A stretch of 64,000 nt of DNA from Bacteroidia bacterium (GTDB lineage Bacteria; Bacteroidota; Bacteroidia; AKYH767-A; OLB10): the NCBI GenBank assembly GCA_037045145.1, contig JBAOIA010000012.1:235210-299209 (forward strand), given 5' to 3'. Positions 46,441-57,181 of the stretch are shown piece by piece (position 1 is the stretch's first letter; each line of letters begins with the position of its first letter). Below the pieces are notes generated by a model, which ran no database searches, had not been told where the DNA came from, and saw only the letters and a list, made by a program, of their open reading frames with translations. A program made the position numbers and the translations under genes.

Positions 46441-47829
46441 TTATTTTTTCAACGCTGTGAAATATTGAAAGAAGTAAGGTATTGTTTCTATGCCTTTATA
46501 GAAGTTAAACAAACCATACTTTTCATTGGGAGAGTGCAGGTTATCGCTGTCTAACCCAAAGCCAAACAACACCGTTTTCAGACCTAACTCCTTTTCAAAC
46601 AGTGCAACAATCGGAATACTTCCGCCACCTCTGGTGGCTATCGGTTTCTTACCAAAAGTTTTTTCCATTGCCATACTGGCTGCTTTAAATGGAACACTAT
46701 CTGTAGGAGTTAAAACAGGTTCGCCACCGTGATGGGCAGAAACTTTTACTTTGACAAAAGGTGGTGCAATGGATAGAAAATGCTTTTCGAAAAGCTTGGA
46801 AATATTGTCTGAGCTTTGATTCGGTACCAGACGCATGGAGATTTTTGCAAATGCTTTTGAGGGTAATACAGTTTTAGCACCTTCACCGGTGTAGCCTCCC
46901 CAAATACCATTTACCTCAAGTGTTGGTCTGATACTGGTTCGCTCAATGGAAGTATATCCTTTCTCGCCCCATACCTCATTAATGCCCAAATCTTTCATAT
47001 ATTCTTTTTCGTCAAAAGGTATTTTAGCCAAATCTCCTCTGTCAGCATCACTCACCGTCAACACATCATCGTAAAACCCTTTTACAGTGATATGATTATT
47101 TTCATCATGTAACGATGCAATCATCTGACAAAGTATTGTTGCAGGATTTGCAACAGCACCCCCATAAACACCACTGTGAAGGTCGCGGTTAGGTCCTGTA
47201 ACTTCAACTTCCATATAGGCCAGACCGCGCAATCCAACATCAATAGAGGGTGTGTCGTTGGCAATCATCGAAGTATCTGAAATCAATACTACATCTGCTT
47301 TAAGTCTTTCTTTATTGGCTTTAACAAAAATGCCAAGGTTTGATGAGCCTACTTCTTCTTCTCCTTCAATCATAAACTTTACATTACATGGCAGCGAAGA
47401 TGTTTTCATCATGCTTTCAAAGGCTTTTACGTGCATGAACATCTGTCCTTTGTCATCACATGAACCACGTGCAAAGATGGCTCCCTCGGGATGAAGGTCT
47501 GTCTTTTTAATTACCGGTTCAAACGGTGGTGAATGCCATAAATCCAATGGATCGGGCGGCTGTACATCGTAGTGCCCATACACCAAAACTGTTGGCAGCT
47601 TAGGATCAATTATTTTTTCTCCATAAACAATAGGATGTCCACCTGTTGGGCAAATTTCAACTTTGTCGGCACCGGCTTTTTCAAGGCTTAACTTAACAAA
47701 CTCTGCTGTACGAACCATATCAGCTTTATGTTTAGAGTCAGCGCTGACGGAGGGTATTTTCAGAAGTTCCAGCAATTCACTGAGGAAACGATCTTTATTT
47801 TGTTCTGAATATTGTGTTGCTTTTTCCAT
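46441..47829 (-). CDS. M20-family dipeptidase/metallohydrolase
   Basis: 462 aa with LVYGHYDVQP, ARGSCDDKGQ and EGEEEVGS, which are typical M20 metal-ligand motifs. Confidence 0.8.
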   Translation of the reverse strand: MEKATQYSEQNKDRFLSELLELLKIPSVSADSKHKADMVRTAEFVKLSLEKAGADKVEICPTGGHPIVYGEKIIDPKLPTVLVYGHYDVQPPDPLDLWHSPPFEPVIKKTDLHPEGAIFARGSCDDKGQMFMHVKAFESMMKTSSLPCNVKFMIEGEEEVGSSNLGIFVKANKERLKADVVLISDTSMIANDTPSIDVGLRGLAYMEVEVTGPNRDLHSGVYGGAVANPATILCQMIASLHDENNHITVKGFYDDVLTVSDADRGDLAKIPFDEKEYMKDLGINEVWGEKGYTSIERTSIRPTLEVNGIWGGYTGEGAKTVLPSKAFAKISMRLVPNQSSDNISKLFEKHFLSIAPPFVKVKVSAHHGGEPVLTPTDSVPFKAASMAMEKTFGKKPIATRGGGSIPIVALFEKELGLKTVLFGFGLDSDNLHSPNEKYGLFNFYKGIETIPYFFQYFTALKK

Positions 47830-47855
47830 TTATAATTATTATTAATGATTAAAAA

Positions 47856-48740
47856 TTATGCACTCATTACCTGTGCATCTTTATGAATTTTCTTTACAAG
47901 TCCTTGCAAAACTTTTCCGGGTCCGGCTTCGATAAAATCAGTAGCACCGTCATTCACCATTTTAATAACAGTTTGTGTCCACCGAACGGGTGCTGTAAGT
48001 TGTGAAATAAGATTTTGCTTGATTTGTTGTGGGTCGGATGAAGGCAATGCATTTACATTCTGATAGACAGGGCAAACCGGTATTGCAAAAGTTGTGTTAG
48101 CAATGGCATTGGCTAACCTCTCACGAGCAGGCTCCATCAGTGGTGAGTGAAATGCTCCTCCTACAGGAAGAAGCAAAGCACGTCTTGCACCGGCAGCAGT
48201 GAGTTGTTCGCATGCAGTTTTTACACCTTCAATAGTTCCGGAAATAACCAATTGACCGGGACAGTTATAATTGGCACAAACAACAACGTCATTAACTCCA
48301 GCACATATTGTCTCCACTTTTTCGTCTTCAAGACCAAGAATAGCTGCCATAGTTGAAGGCTTTAATTCACATGCAGCTTGCATGTCGAGTGCACGTTCCA
48401 TCACCAGCTTCAGCCCATCTTCAAAACTCAGACATCTATTAGCTACCAATGCTGAAAATTCGCCTAATGAATGACCTGCAACCATGTCGGGATGAAAATT
48501 TTCTCCAAGCGAAGCAATGACTGCACAGGAATGAATAAAAATTGCCGGTTGTGTAACCTTAGTTTGTTTCAGCTCTTCATCGGTACCACCAAACATAATC
48601 TCTGTAATAGCAAATCCTGTAATGCTGTTTGCTTTCTCAAAAATTCTTTTGGCGGCATCAGACTGTTCAAACAAATCTTTTCCCATTCCGGAAAATTGTG
48701 ATCCTTGACCGGGGAAAATATACGCTCGTTTTAAACTCAT
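47856..48740 (-). CDS. fabD: malonyl-CoA:ACP transacylase
   Basis: FPGQGSQ, GHSLGEFSA, length 294 aa. Confidence 0.92.
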   Translation of the reverse strand: MSLKRAYIFPGQGSQFSGMGKDLFEQSDAAKRIFEKANSITGFAITEIMFGGTDEELKQTKVTQPAIFIHSCAVIASLGENFHPDMVAGHSLGEFSALVANRCLSFEDGLKLVMERALDMQAACELKPSTMAAILGLEDEKVETICAGVNDVVVCANYNCPGQLVISGTIEGVKTACEQLTAAGARRALLLPVGGAFHSPLMEPARERLANAIANTTFAIPVCPVYQNVNALPSSDPQQIKQNLISQLTAPVRWTQTVIKMVNDGATDFIEAGPGKVLQGLVKKIHKDAQVMSA

Positions 48741-48827
48741 AAAATATTTAGTCAGTTATTTCAGTTGATTTTGATTAATGTGAAAATCTTTTGCCAAAGC
48801 TAAGTAAAACAAAATAAAACAGGTTGT

Positions 48828-49238
48828 CTAATTCTGAAAATATGGTGTAAACACTATGTTAAATTCATCAGTCGGGTTAACCGGCTTACCTGTTGCCTTA
48901 CTCACAAAGACAAGTGTTACCGATGCAGTATTGAGTAACTCTCCCTTTTCATTAAAGGTTTCATAGTCAAAAACAATTCGTACAGAAGGCTTTTTTCTGA
49001 TGGTAGTTTTTATCGTCAGTAAGTCATCATAAAATGCCGGTTTCTTATATTGAACAGAAAAATCAGATACCGGCAAAATAATTCCCTTATCTTCAAGTGA
49101 CTTGTAAGGTAAACCAAGACTGCGCAGCATTTCTACTCTTGCCACTTCAAAATAAACAGCATAGTTTCCATAATACACATATCCCATTCTGTCGGCTTCG
49201 GCATATCTAACTCTAACCTGATGTTCAAACTCAATCAT
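48828..49238 (-). CDS. YbgC/4HBT-family acyl-CoA thioesterase
   Basis: 136 aa, VRVRYAEADRMGYVYYGNY is typical of the hotdog 4HBT class. Confidence 0.8.
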   Translation of the reverse strand: MIEFEHQVRVRYAEADRMGYVYYGNYAVYFEVARVEMLRSLGLPYKSLEDKGIILPVSDFSVQYKKPAFYDDLLTIKTTIRKKPSVRIVFDYETFNEKGELLNTASVTLVFVSKATGKPVNPTDEFNIVFTPYFQN

Positions 49239-49361
49239 TAAATTTCGATAATATTAAATGCAAATAAAAAGAAAATGATGCTATGAAAATTTTAGTCATT
49301 ATTTCTAGGTTAAAAATTTCTATATTTGAAAGTTCAATTATGTCAGCATTAATTTTTATTT

Positions 49362-51752
49362 ATGAATTCATTTCTATATCATCTAAAATCAAAACAACTT
49401 CAATCATTTAATTTAAAACTACTATTCCTGTTGTTGGGTATATTTTCCTTTAACACCGGCTTGTCGGCTATGACTTCAATAGCAGACACTTTTCATATAG
49501 AAAAGTACATTATCAGTATTGATACTATTGACTTTACCGGCAAACAAATTAAAGCAAAAACACAAATACAAATTGTTGCCAATCAAAATAATCTAAGTGC
49601 CATTGAAATGGATTTGTTTCAGCTGACTGTTGATTCTGTTTATTATCCATTGGGAAACCTACCCTATTCCTATCAAAACGATAAACTAAATATTAGTCTT
49701 CCTGTTGTATTAAACACGAATGACACTATAAGTTTAACCGTAGCATATCAAGGTAGTCCGAAAAAAGATGCATCAGGATTTGGCGGATTTTATTTCTTTC
49801 CGAACATGGCCTTTAATCTCGGTGTAGGTTTTACTGCCGACCCTCACAACTTAGGTAAAGTTTGGTTTCCTTGTCTTGATGTTTTTGATGATAAAAGTAA
49901 ATATGAATTTTATATTACAACACCACTGACACAAAAAGCCTATTGCAATGGTTTTTTAAATGATTCACTCATTAATGCCAACAACACCATCACCTGGCAT
50001 TGGAAAATGAATGATTATATTCCAACTTATTTAGCTTGTATGGCAACCGGACCATACACTTCATGGTCGAGAACTTACAATGGTGTTCCTATTGAAATTG
50101 CAGCATTGCCTGCCGATACTGCGGCAGTGTCAGCCACGTTTGTTAACCTGCCGGCAGCAATAAATCTGTTCACACAGTATTATGGGAGTTACCCCTTCAA
50201 TAAAATAGGATATACATTGGTAAATTTTACCGGTGGTGCCATGGAACATGCCACTAACATTGCCATTGGCAAGGCTTTTATTAATGGCACACTTGGTTAT
50301 GAAACATTGTGGGCACATGAGTTATCGCACATGTGGTGGGGCGATAAGGTGACCTGTAAAACTGCTGAAGACATGTGGCTAAACGAAGGCTGGGCATCTT
50401 TCAATGAAGCGTTGTTTACAGAAGCAATTTATGGACCAACAGCGTATAAAGACTGGATTAGGACAAATCACAGAAAAGTATTGCAACTGGCACATATTAC
50501 CGATGGTGGATATCTTGCATTGAATAACGTTCCGACCTCGGTTACCTATGGAAATACAGCATATCAAAAAGGTGCCGATATTGTTCATACTTTAAGAAAT
50601 TATGCAGGCGATTCATTATTTAAAGTTGGAGCGCAACATTATTTAGACACTTTTGCTTATAGCAATGCATCGAGTATTGACATGGAACATGCATTTACTT
50701 CTTCCACAGGAACAGACTATTCACGTTTTTTTACAGATTGGGTTTACACTCCGGGATTTCCACATTTTTCTATTGACTCTGCAATATATGTTCCCGGAGG
50801 ATTGGATCATTACTTTGTTTACACCCGTCAGCGTAATAAAGGCAGCAATGGACACATTTATTCCATGCCCGTAGATATTACCTTTAGTGATGGCATTACT
50901 GACACTACTGTGAGCATACAAATTGACTCTGCCACACAAATGTTTCATATTCCATTGCTGATGGCAAATGCAACATGGATAGCATTAGACAGAGGTGAAA
51001 AAATCAGCGATGCAATATCGGATTACGAGAAAATAATTACAACTACGGGTTTACAGATTATGAAAGAAACAAATACAACATTAAATGTACAATCTGTTGG
51101 AGCATCACCATCAACAGTAAGAATAGAACATCATTGGGTACAGCCCGATGGATTTAAAGGCAGCAACCCCGGAATACGATTAAGTGATTATCATTATTGG
51201 CAAGCTGAAGGTATTTTCAATCCAGGATTTGTGAGTAAAATTTCGTTTCAGTATGATGGCTCAACCAATGGGCTAACCGGATATATTGACAACACTTTGA
51301 TTACCGGCCGTGAAGACAGTCTGGTATTATTGTATCGCGAAAACACTGCTGGCGACTGGCAAATCATTTCTGCTTCTCAAACTATGGGCTCACCATTGGA
51401 TAAAAGAGGTTCTTTTTCTGTTGACACTTTGAAGAAGGGAGAATATGTACTTGGTTACAGAGATTTTACTGTGAATAATGAACAGTTAAACAACATGCAG
51501 AATTTCAATTTAAACATAGTTCCCAATCCGGCCAAAAATCACATCACCTTAACACTAAATTTGGAACCGGGTGATAGCGGCATAGCCCAAATTATAGATA
51601 TCAAAGGAAGAGAAGTTGACCGCATAAAAGTACAATCAGGGCAAAGTGAATATGTGATCCAAACAAGCAAATGGAAAAACGGAGAATATTTCATTCACCT
51701 GAAAACCGATAAGTCGTTGATTGCTAATGGCAGATTTATTATTCAAAAATAG
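49362..51752 (+). CDS. M1-family aminopeptidase with a T9SS C-terminal sorting domain
   Basis: GGAMEHATN (GAMEN-like), HELSHMWWG...WLNEGWASF. The CTD reads IVPNPAKNHITLTL...IIDIKGREV...WKNGEYFIHLKT. Confidence 0.85.
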   Translation: MNSFLYHLKSKQLQSFNLKLLFLLLGIFSFNTGLSAMTSIADTFHIEKYIISIDTIDFTGKQIKAKTQIQIVANQNNLSAIEMDLFQLTVDSVYYPLGNLPYSYQNDKLNISLPVVLNTNDTISLTVAYQGSPKKDASGFGGFYFFPNMAFNLGVGFTADPHNLGKVWFPCLDVFDDKSKYEFYITTPLTQKAYCNGFLNDSLINANNTITWHWKMNDYIPTYLACMATGPYTSWSRTYNGVPIEIAALPADTAAVSATFVNLPAAINLFTQYYGSYPFNKIGYTLVNFTGGAMEHATNIAIGKAFINGTLGYETLWAHELSHMWWGDKVTCKTAEDMWLNEGWASFNEALFTEAIYGPTAYKDWIRTNHRKVLQLAHITDGGYLALNNVPTSVTYGNTAYQKGADIVHTLRNYAGDSLFKVGAQHYLDTFAYSNASSIDMEHAFTSSTGTDYSRFFTDWVYTPGFPHFSIDSAIYVPGGLDHYFVYTRQRNKGSNGHIYSMPVDITFSDGITDTTVSIQIDSATQMFHIPLLMANATWIALDRGEKISDAISDYEKIITTTGLQIMKETNTTLNVQSVGASPSTVRIEHHWVQPDGFKGSNPGIRLSDYHYWQAEGIFNPGFVSKISFQYDGSTNGLTGYIDNTLITGREDSLVLLYRENTAGDWQIISASQTMGSPLDKRGSFSVDTLKKGEYVLGYRDFTVNNEQLNNMQNFNLNIVPNPAKNHITLTLNLEPGDSGIAQIIDIKGREVDRIKVQSGQSEYVIQTSKWKNGEYFIHLKTDKSLIANGRFIIQK

Positions 51753-51827
51753 CTTTCGTGGCTCAATTTTATGTTAAAGTTAATTACATTTGCAACAAAT
51801 TAAAATTCAAATTAAAATCAAATTATC

Positions 51828-54122
51828 ATGAGAAAAACATTACTCACATTAATTGCTGCTGTAGGCTCGTTATTTACGCAAGCACAGTGGATTAGTCAAA
51901 ATGTACCCATGACGTATGACGGCTACATGTTCGATATGGAAACTGTAGATGCCAATACGTGCTGGGGCGCATTGTGGAATGGTGTAGCTACCAGCCAATA
52001 TACTTCAGATTTTGCCAAAACAATAGATGGTGGAAACACATGGACCACAGGAACTATTCCTGTAGCCTCCGGATGGGTTATCTCTAACATTTGGCCTTTA
52101 AATGCTGACACTTGTTTTGTAATGATGTGCAACATCAATGCAGGCGGTGGAATGATTTACAAAACGGTTGATGGTGGAACAACATGGACACAAAATTCAA
52201 CAGCAGGGATGTATTCACAAGGCACTTCTTTTGGAAATGTGATTTACTTTTCTGATTCTCAAAATGGATTTACCATGGGTGATCCTGTTGGTGCCGGTGC
52301 TAACAAACGTTATGAGCTTTATACTACCAACGATGGTGGTGCAAACTGGACAGCAGTGCCTGTTGCCAACATTCCTGCTTTAACCAATGCAGGCGAATAT
52401 GGTATCACCAACTTGTTTTCTGCTGTTGGCAGCAACATTTGGTTTGCTACTACTTATGGTGATGTATTACATTCAAGTGATAATGGACTAACCTGGACAA
52501 AATCTGCATCAGGACTTCCTGCTTATACAGCAAACGGAAATCGTCAGGATATTTCTGACATTGCATTCAGTGATGCCAACAATGGAATAATTACTCAGGT
52601 TAATGCTACTACCTATATTGTTAAACAAACAACTGATGGTGGTGCTACCTGGAATACGATTACGCCTACTGGTAATTTCTATCCAACAGAAATTGAAGCC
52701 GTAGGTGGTTCAAACATTTATGTTAGTGGTGGATCGAACGCTACTTATGGTTTTGGTTCTTCATACAGTACCGATTTAGGTTTAACCTGGACTGCACTTG
52801 ACACCAACTTCTCTCATACTACTTTTGATTTCCTTAACTCTTCAACCGGCTATGGTGCAGAATATATTGCTGCCGGTAGCCCGGGTGGAGCTTGGAAGTT
52901 TTCAGGAACTCTTAGCAATAATCCTTTAAATGATGATTGTGCCGGTGCTATAAACATCAATACACAATTCGGTCAGGCGCCAGGAACATTAACTTCATCA
53001 GGCCCATACGATAATACTAATGCAACTACAGGGCCACAAGACCCTACAACAGGCTTTGCATGTTTTGGCGAACCTGATGGTAATGGAGGCGCACCTTCTT
53101 TAGATAACACTCTGTGGTTTACTTTCACCGGTGATGGTAACACTTATTTTATTGAAGCACCCAATACCTGTGCAGGTGTCACCGATCCTATTGATGATGG
53201 TGATACTCAAATAGCCATTTATACAGGTACTTGTGGTAACCTTACTCCTGTTGCCTGTAATGAAGATGGCCCTAATGCAACTACTACATATTATCCTGCA
53301 GGCTTAAACTTTACTACCACTCCAGGTACCGTTTATTATATGATTGTAGATGGATTTAGCTTACAAGGAACTGTTTCTACTGGTCAGTTCTGTGTTCAGG
53401 TAACTAACCAATCAGTAATTGCCTGTGGAGACACTGCAATTAATTCAGGTTTAACTGTTTTAAATAAACCTGTTATTTGCTACGACAGTACTTTAACAAT
53501 TACTGTTTCCGGAATTAAAGCTCCTACAGTTGGTACAACAAAAGGGTTCAGCATAATGGTTTCAAATGCAGACATCAGTGGTAATAATGACCCAATGTCA
53601 ACAGGTGCTGTTGTTGGTGGTACTGGAACAATCTCTGTTGGAAGCAATGGAATATTCCAAACAAATTTAACTAACAATGCTACAAATCCTTTCGGTGCAG
53701 GTGTGTTTTATATTACACCGGTAGTTTATGGTAATGCAACAGGAACCGGAAACATTACGGCACTAACACTTGATCCAAACTGTACTTACACAGGTGCTTC
53801 TGTAATGGTTGAGTTCTTGGCTCAGGGTGTAATTTGCCCAACCGGAATAAAAGAACTTAATGGTGCTTCATTTGCAGTTACAGGAGTTTATCCTGTGCCT
53901 GTAAAAAACACATTGAACATAGCTGTTGAGTCTGCAAAAACTTCAACCATGACCATTACCATCAGTGATGTTCTTGGAAGAAATATTGTTTCAAGCACAC
54001 AGTCTGTTAACAATGGCAGCAACACACTGACTTTAGATACTCAAAATCTTTCTTCAGGAGTTTATACACTTACTGTTAATAATGAAAAACAACAATCTAC
54101 AGTTAAGTTTGTAAAACAATAA
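51828..54122 (+). CDS. BNR/Asp-box beta-propeller protein with a T9SS C-terminal sorting domain
   Basis: Repeated (T/S)xDGGxTW boxes (DGGNTW, DGGTTW, DGGANW, DNGLTW, DGGATW). The CTD reads VYPVPVKNTLNIAV...ISDVLGRNI...LSSGVYTLTVNN. Confidence 0.75.
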   Translation: MRKTLLTLIAAVGSLFTQAQWISQNVPMTYDGYMFDMETVDANTCWGALWNGVATSQYTSDFAKTIDGGNTWTTGTIPVASGWVISNIWPLNADTCFVMMCNINAGGGMIYKTVDGGTTWTQNSTAGMYSQGTSFGNVIYFSDSQNGFTMGDPVGAGANKRYELYTTNDGGANWTAVPVANIPALTNAGEYGITNLFSAVGSNIWFATTYGDVLHSSDNGLTWTKSASGLPAYTANGNRQDISDIAFSDANNGIITQVNATTYIVKQTTDGGATWNTITPTGNFYPTEIEAVGGSNIYVSGGSNATYGFGSSYSTDLGLTWTALDTNFSHTTFDFLNSSTGYGAEYIAAGSPGGAWKFSGTLSNNPLNDDCAGAININTQFGQAPGTLTSSGPYDNTNATTGPQDPTTGFACFGEPDGNGGAPSLDNTLWFTFTGDGNTYFIEAPNTCAGVTDPIDDGDTQIAIYTGTCGNLTPVACNEDGPNATTTYYPAGLNFTTTPGTVYYMIVDGFSLQGTVSTGQFCVQVTNQSVIACGDTAINSGLTVLNKPVICYDSTLTITVSGIKAPTVGTTKGFSIMVSNADISGNNDPMSTGAVVGGTGTISVGSNGIFQTNLTNNATNPFGAGVFYITPVVYGNATGTGNITALTLDPNCTYTGASVMVEFLAQGVICPTGIKELNGASFAVTGVYPVPVKNTLNIAVESAKTSTMTITISDVLGRNIVSSTQSVNNGSNTLTLDTQNLSSGVYTLTVNNEKQQSTVKFVKQ

Positions 54123-54145
54123 TTCATATTGTTAAACAATAAAAA

Positions 54146-54172
54146 AGCTGCCTCAAAAGGGCAGCTTTTTTT
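54146..54172. terminator. bidirectional intrinsic terminator between convergent genes
   Basis: AAAAA-AGCTGCC-TCAAAA-GGCAGCT-TTTTTTT. Confidence 0.7.
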
Positions 54173-54266
54173 GTTAGCTATCATGCACTACTAATTTAGA
54201 TTTTCAAAAATCAAATTGTTTCAATCAATGACTATCACAAAAAACGATTTTCTTTTTTAAAAACAT

Positions 54267-54548
54267 TCATACTTTTTCAAGCGACCAAGCGCTGGCACGT
54301 TGATGCAGCATTTTCTTAGCATTTGGCCAAACATCAGTAAAAAACGATGAATCTAAATAGGCCTGTAAATGACTTTCACTTTGCCAAAGGCTGTAAGTAA
54401 AATAATCCGAAGAGGCTACATCTTTATGCAACTCAACTAAATTGCATCCATCAAAGGAGGCAATTTTTTCTTTTATTGAAGTAAAAAGTTTTTCAAAAGC
54501 TTTTCCCTCATCAGGTCTAACAGGCAATCGCACAATACGTGTTATCAT
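54267..54548 (-). CDS. antibiotic-biosynthesis-monooxygenase (ABM/dimeric alpha-beta barrel) family protein
   Basis: 93 aa with an ABM-like pattern (...FDGCNLVELHKD...YSLWQSESHLQAY). Confidence 0.6.
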   Translation of the reverse strand: MITRIVRLPVRPDEGKAFEKLFTSIKEKIASFDGCNLVELHKDVASSDYFTYSLWQSESHLQAYLDSSFFTDVWPNAKKMLHQRASAWSLEKV

Positions 54549-55330
54549 TTTAGAAAAATTCTGATTTGATTACCATACTCAAATCCATACAACAAAGAAA
54601 TGTCACCCTGATTAATTGCAATTTCAAGATAGCCCGATGAATTAAACAAAGCCACCATCTTACCTGGTTCTACATCGTCATAACGATTATTAATTTGAGT
54701 AATAAATTCACGATGTCGAGGCAAATCAATTTCAAATCGCTTTTCTCCTACAACATTTTCAAAATACTCTTTCTCAATATTGGTAATAACATTTCCAAAG
54801 GTATCAACATAAATAACCGTTCCCTGAATAGTATTAACATCATGCGATGGTTGAAACATTGACGACTGATAAAAAGATTGTACAGGAAGTCCTATTTCTA
54901 CCAAAGGTTTATTGTTTACCAAATCATGTAACAATGTGACTAAAAAACTTTTCTCATGTGCCACACTCACATCTTCCGAACCTTTAATGTAAACTGCCTT
55001 TAGGGGTTCCTGCTTACTCACCAAAGTAAAAATACCATTATTACGACAAACGATTGTGCATTCTCCATATTGAATAACCATCCAACCTCTATTGGTGTCT
55101 TCTCTTGTATTCGGCTGTTTATCCACACAGATTAAATGAATTGTCTGAGGAGGGAAAAAATAAAATGCATTTTTAAAAACAAAGGCAGCCTTAACACAAT
55201 CGTAAACAGGAATCTGATGGCTGATGTCAACTATATTAACCCCCGGCAGCATGCTGAACAATTCGCCCTTTAGCGCTGCTACGTAGTGATCGGTTTGTCC
55301 CCAATCTGTTGTGAGTGTAATTAATGACAT
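54545..55330 (-). CDS. SAM hydroxide adenosyltransferase family protein (DUF62)
   Basis: MSLITLTTDWGQTDHYVAALKG...VDISHQIP...YVDTFGN. The ATG at 55330 is preferred, and a CAAAATTA (-7 box on the minus strand) sits at 55354-55361. Confidence 0.75.
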   Translation of the reverse strand: MSLITLTTDWGQTDHYVAALKGELFSMLPGVNIVDISHQIPVYDCVKAAFVFKNAFYFFPPQTIHLICVDKQPNTREDTNRGWMVIQYGECTIVCRNNGIFTLVSKQEPLKAVYIKGSEDVSVAHEKSFLVTLLHDLVNNKPLVEIGLPVQSFYQSSMFQPSHDVNTIQGTVIYVDTFGNVITNIEKEYFENVVGEKRFEIDLPRHREFITQINNRYDDVEPGKMVALFNSSGYLEIAINQGDISLLYGFEYGNQIRIFLK

Positions 55331-55502
55331 GAATGCTGCCGGAATTAATTTCACAAAATTATCGGTAGCGTTGTCATTGCTGATAACTATATTGATAAAT
55401 TATAAACTTTCTGATGTTAGTGAAGATTGTCGGAATTTTAAGAAAAATTGCTTCTGATTAGTCTAAAAAAATTAGGTTTGCATACATTAAACCTTTGTAA
55501 AA

Positions 55503-56456
55503 TTGAGTGAGTTAACCATACCTGTTGATTTAGAGAATCCTGTAGCGTTTTTTGGTATCAACGATAGTAATTTAGATTTATTAAGAGAAAAATTTCCTGC
55601 TTTTAAGTTGATTGTCAGAGGTAATGAGCTTAAAATTTTAGGTGATGAAAAGCAAATACATTGGGTGGCAAAAAAAATCACAGGTATCATTGAGTATTTT
55701 CATCACTACGGAAAATTTGATAACAATGTATTGGAAAAGCTGATTACTAACGAACAAAATGCTGAAACTTTAGTAAATCCACCAACAGGAAACGGCAGTG
55801 ATGTTTTGGTCTTTGGCCCCAATGGCGTTGTTGTAAAAGCACGAACTGCCAATCAGCAAAAAATGGTTGACAGCTGTAATAAAAACGACATTGTGTTTGC
55901 AATTGGTCCTGCAGGTACAGGAAAGACCTATACTGCCGTGGCACTGGCTGTACGTGCATTAAAGAATAAAGAAATCAAAAGGATTGTTCTAACACGTCCC
56001 GCTGTTGAAGCAGGTGAAAATCTTGGATTTTTACCCGGTGACCTAAAAGAAAAAATTGATCCTTATTTGCGTCCGCTTTATGATGCATTGTTTGATATGA
56101 TTCCCGGAGAGAAGCTAAAGACCTTTATTGATAACGGAGTTATTGAAGTAGCGCCTTTGGCATTTATGCGTGGTCGTACATTAGACCATGCTTTTGTTAT
56201 TCTTGATGAGGCACAAAACACAACAGAGAGTCAGCTAAAAATGTTTCTTACCAGAATGGGGCCTGCTGCAAAGTTTATTGTCACAGGTGATGTAACACAA
56301 ATTGACTTGCCTAACAAACAACCATCTGGATTGATTCAGGCAATGAAAATTTTGAAAAATATTCATGGTATTGATTTTATTACCCTTGATGCAAGTGATG
56401 TTGTGCGTCATCGTTTAGTTAAAGAGATTATTCTGGCCTATGGCAAAAATCAGTAA
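55503..56456 (+). CDS. phoH: PhoH-family ATPase
   Basis: GPAGTGKTY, ILDEAQNT, GDVTQIDLP. Confidence 0.9.
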   Translation: MSELTIPVDLENPVAFFGINDSNLDLLREKFPAFKLIVRGNELKILGDEKQIHWVAKKITGIIEYFHHYGKFDNNVLEKLITNEQNAETLVNPPTGNGSDVLVFGPNGVVVKARTANQQKMVDSCNKNDIVFAIGPAGTGKTYTAVALAVRALKNKEIKRIVLTRPAVEAGENLGFLPGDLKEKIDPYLRPLYDALFDMIPGEKLKTFIDNGVIEVAPLAFMRGRTLDHAFVILDEAQNTTESQLKMFLTRMGPAAKFIVTGDVTQIDLPNKQPSGLIQAMKILKNIHGIDFITLDASDVVRHRLVKEIILAYGKNQ

Positions 56457-57180
56457 TTGGATTTATATCCTTATGATGTTTGTCTTTTGCTCTTGTCAGA
56501 AAGACCACATGTTAGATTGCTTTAAGGGAACGGGAAATGACAAATCAGAAATAAGAAATATTACAGGATTCAACCGTATTAAAGCAAGTAATAATGTAAA
56601 TGTAAAAATCTATCCTGGTTATGATTTTAAAGTTGAAGTAAAGGCAGGTTCAAAATTAATTGAAGGCATAACCACAGAAGTAAAAGACAGCATGCTTTAC
56701 ATCAGAAACGAAAATGTATGCAACTGGGTTCGCAGCTTTAAAAATAAATTTACAGTTACAGTATGGATGCCTGATATTGAAGAGCTAACTTTAAATGGCT
56801 CAGGTAATATTGACCTAATGGACACTATTCGACATAATGAGTTTATATTCAACAATTGGGGCGCATCAGGCAAGGTAACTTTTTTATTTAACGCAGAAGC
56901 AGTGCGGACAAACATACATACCGGACCCGCTGATTTTGTATTTCATGGCTATGTTGGAGTGCATTATTTATACAATAACGGCAACGGCATTACTGATGCA
57001 AGCAACTTGAATACAGATGTTACCTTTACAGAAAACAAAGGTGCTAACAAAGAATATGTCAGAGCTAAACAATGGCTCACAGCTAAAATTTCTTATGTAG
57101 GCGACATATATTACTTCGGTAATCCCGACAGTGTTGTACATGAAGGCACAGGCAACGGAAAATTAATTAAAGCAGATTAA
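56440..57180 (+). CDS. DUF2807/head-GIN-domain lipoprotein
   Basis: Lipobox FCSC, repeated beta-strand pattern with NGSGNIDL. It overlaps the phoH end by 17 nt. Confidence 0.55.
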   Translation: MAKISNWIYILMMFVFCSCQKDHMLDCFKGTGNDKSEIRNITGFNRIKASNNVNVKIYPGYDFKVEVKAGSKLIEGITTEVKDSMLYIRNENVCNWVRSFKNKFTVTVWMPDIEELTLNGSGNIDLMDTIRHNEFIFNNWGASGKVTFLFNAEAVRTNIHTGPADFVFHGYVGVHYLYNNGNGITDASNLNTDVTFTENKGANKEYVRAKQWLTAKISYVGDIYYFGNPDSVVHEGTGNGKLIKAD

Positions 57181-57181
57181 C

